This document shows, in pieces, positions 44,909 to 45,391 of a stretch of DNA of 45,391 bases (its first letter is position 1; every line of letters begins with the position of its first letter). The DNA is from a virus (taxonomy: Duplodnaviria; Heunggongvirae; Uroviricota; Caudoviricetes). Where the stretch lies: positions 1 through 45,391 of IMG/VR virus record IMGVR_UViG_2778261297_000007. One strand, 5' to 3'. The position numbers and the translations under genes are program-made. The notes under the pieces were generated by a model. That model made no database searches. It had not been told where the DNA came from and was given only the letters and a program-made list of their open reading frames with translations.

Positions 44909-45391
44909 TTAACGGTGGGCGTTTTTCATGATACGCGCTTTATCCACCTGCCATTCGCGTTCTTTGATGTCTGAACGTTTATCGTGCTGTTTCTTACCTT
45001 TGGCGACGCCGATTTTCACTTTGCACCAGGCATTTTTCCAGTATAGGGAGAGCGCCACTACGGTATAGCCTTCTCGATTGACGCGACCGTACAATGAGTC
45101 CAGTTCGCGCTGGTTGAGAAGTAACTTGCGGGTACGGGTAGGATCGCACACCACATGCGTGGAGGCCACGGCCATTGGCGTGATGTTAGCGCCAAACAGA
45201 AATGCCTCTCCGTCACGCAGAAGGACGTAGCTGTCGCTGATATTGGCTTTTCCTGCGCGCAGGGATTTAACCTCCCAGCCTTGCAGGGCAAGTCCCGCTT
45301 CGAACTCTTCTTCGATAAAGTATTCGTGACGGGCGCGCTTGTTAAGCGCGATGGTCGCTGAACCAAGTTTATGTGCTTTTTTCTTCGTCAT
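44909..45391 (-). CDS. smpB: SsrA-binding protein SmpB
   Basis: 160-aa protein [29 protein letters not shown]... directly upstream of ssrA on the same strand; start codon is the last 3 nt of the window. Confidence 0.9.
   Translation of the reverse strand: MTKKKAHKLGSATIALNKRARHEYFIEEEFEAGLALQGWEVKSLRAGKANISDSYVLLRDGEAFLFGANITPMAVASTHVVCDPTRTRKLLLNQRELDSLYGRVNREGYTVVALSLYWKNAWCKVKIGVAKGKKQHDKRSDIKEREWQVDKARIMKNAHR

Overview
This window is an enterobacterial chromosome segment at the smpB-ssrA (tmRNA) locus carrying two tandemly integrated mobile elements; all calls rest on reading the sequence and the supplied ORF translations, with no database searches run. (1) About 5655-44331 is a lambdoid prophage with HK97-like morphogenesis genes: integrase/excisionase, small early-left genes, a cI/cro switch with repeated AAGTTATT operator motifs, a replication module (primase-helicase), a Q-type antiterminator, an AT-rich opposite-strand moron, a 4-tRNA cluster, a lysis cassette, HNH/TerS/TerL, portal/protease/capsid, tail genes through tape measure and a J-like central fibre, an invertase-controlled invertible tail-fibre segment, and a DinI-like gene with two LexA boxes next to the intact tmRNA. 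(2) 1-5619 is the integrase-proximal end of a CP4-57/PICI-like island (P4-type integrase, AlpA, DUF3987-like and Gp2-like proteins) with AT-rich unknown cargo between int and alpA; it continues beyond the window start. A 35-bp copy of the tmRNA 3' end at 5620-5654 marks the junction between the two elements. The best candidates for undescribed functional systems are the 316-aa moron between Q and the tRNA cluster, the int-alpA cargo ORFs of the island, the HTH + S24-peptidase gene pair at the PL position, and a tail-anchored membrane protein inserted antisense between the tail chaperone and tape-measure genes. No CRISPR array, rRNA or transposase was seen.
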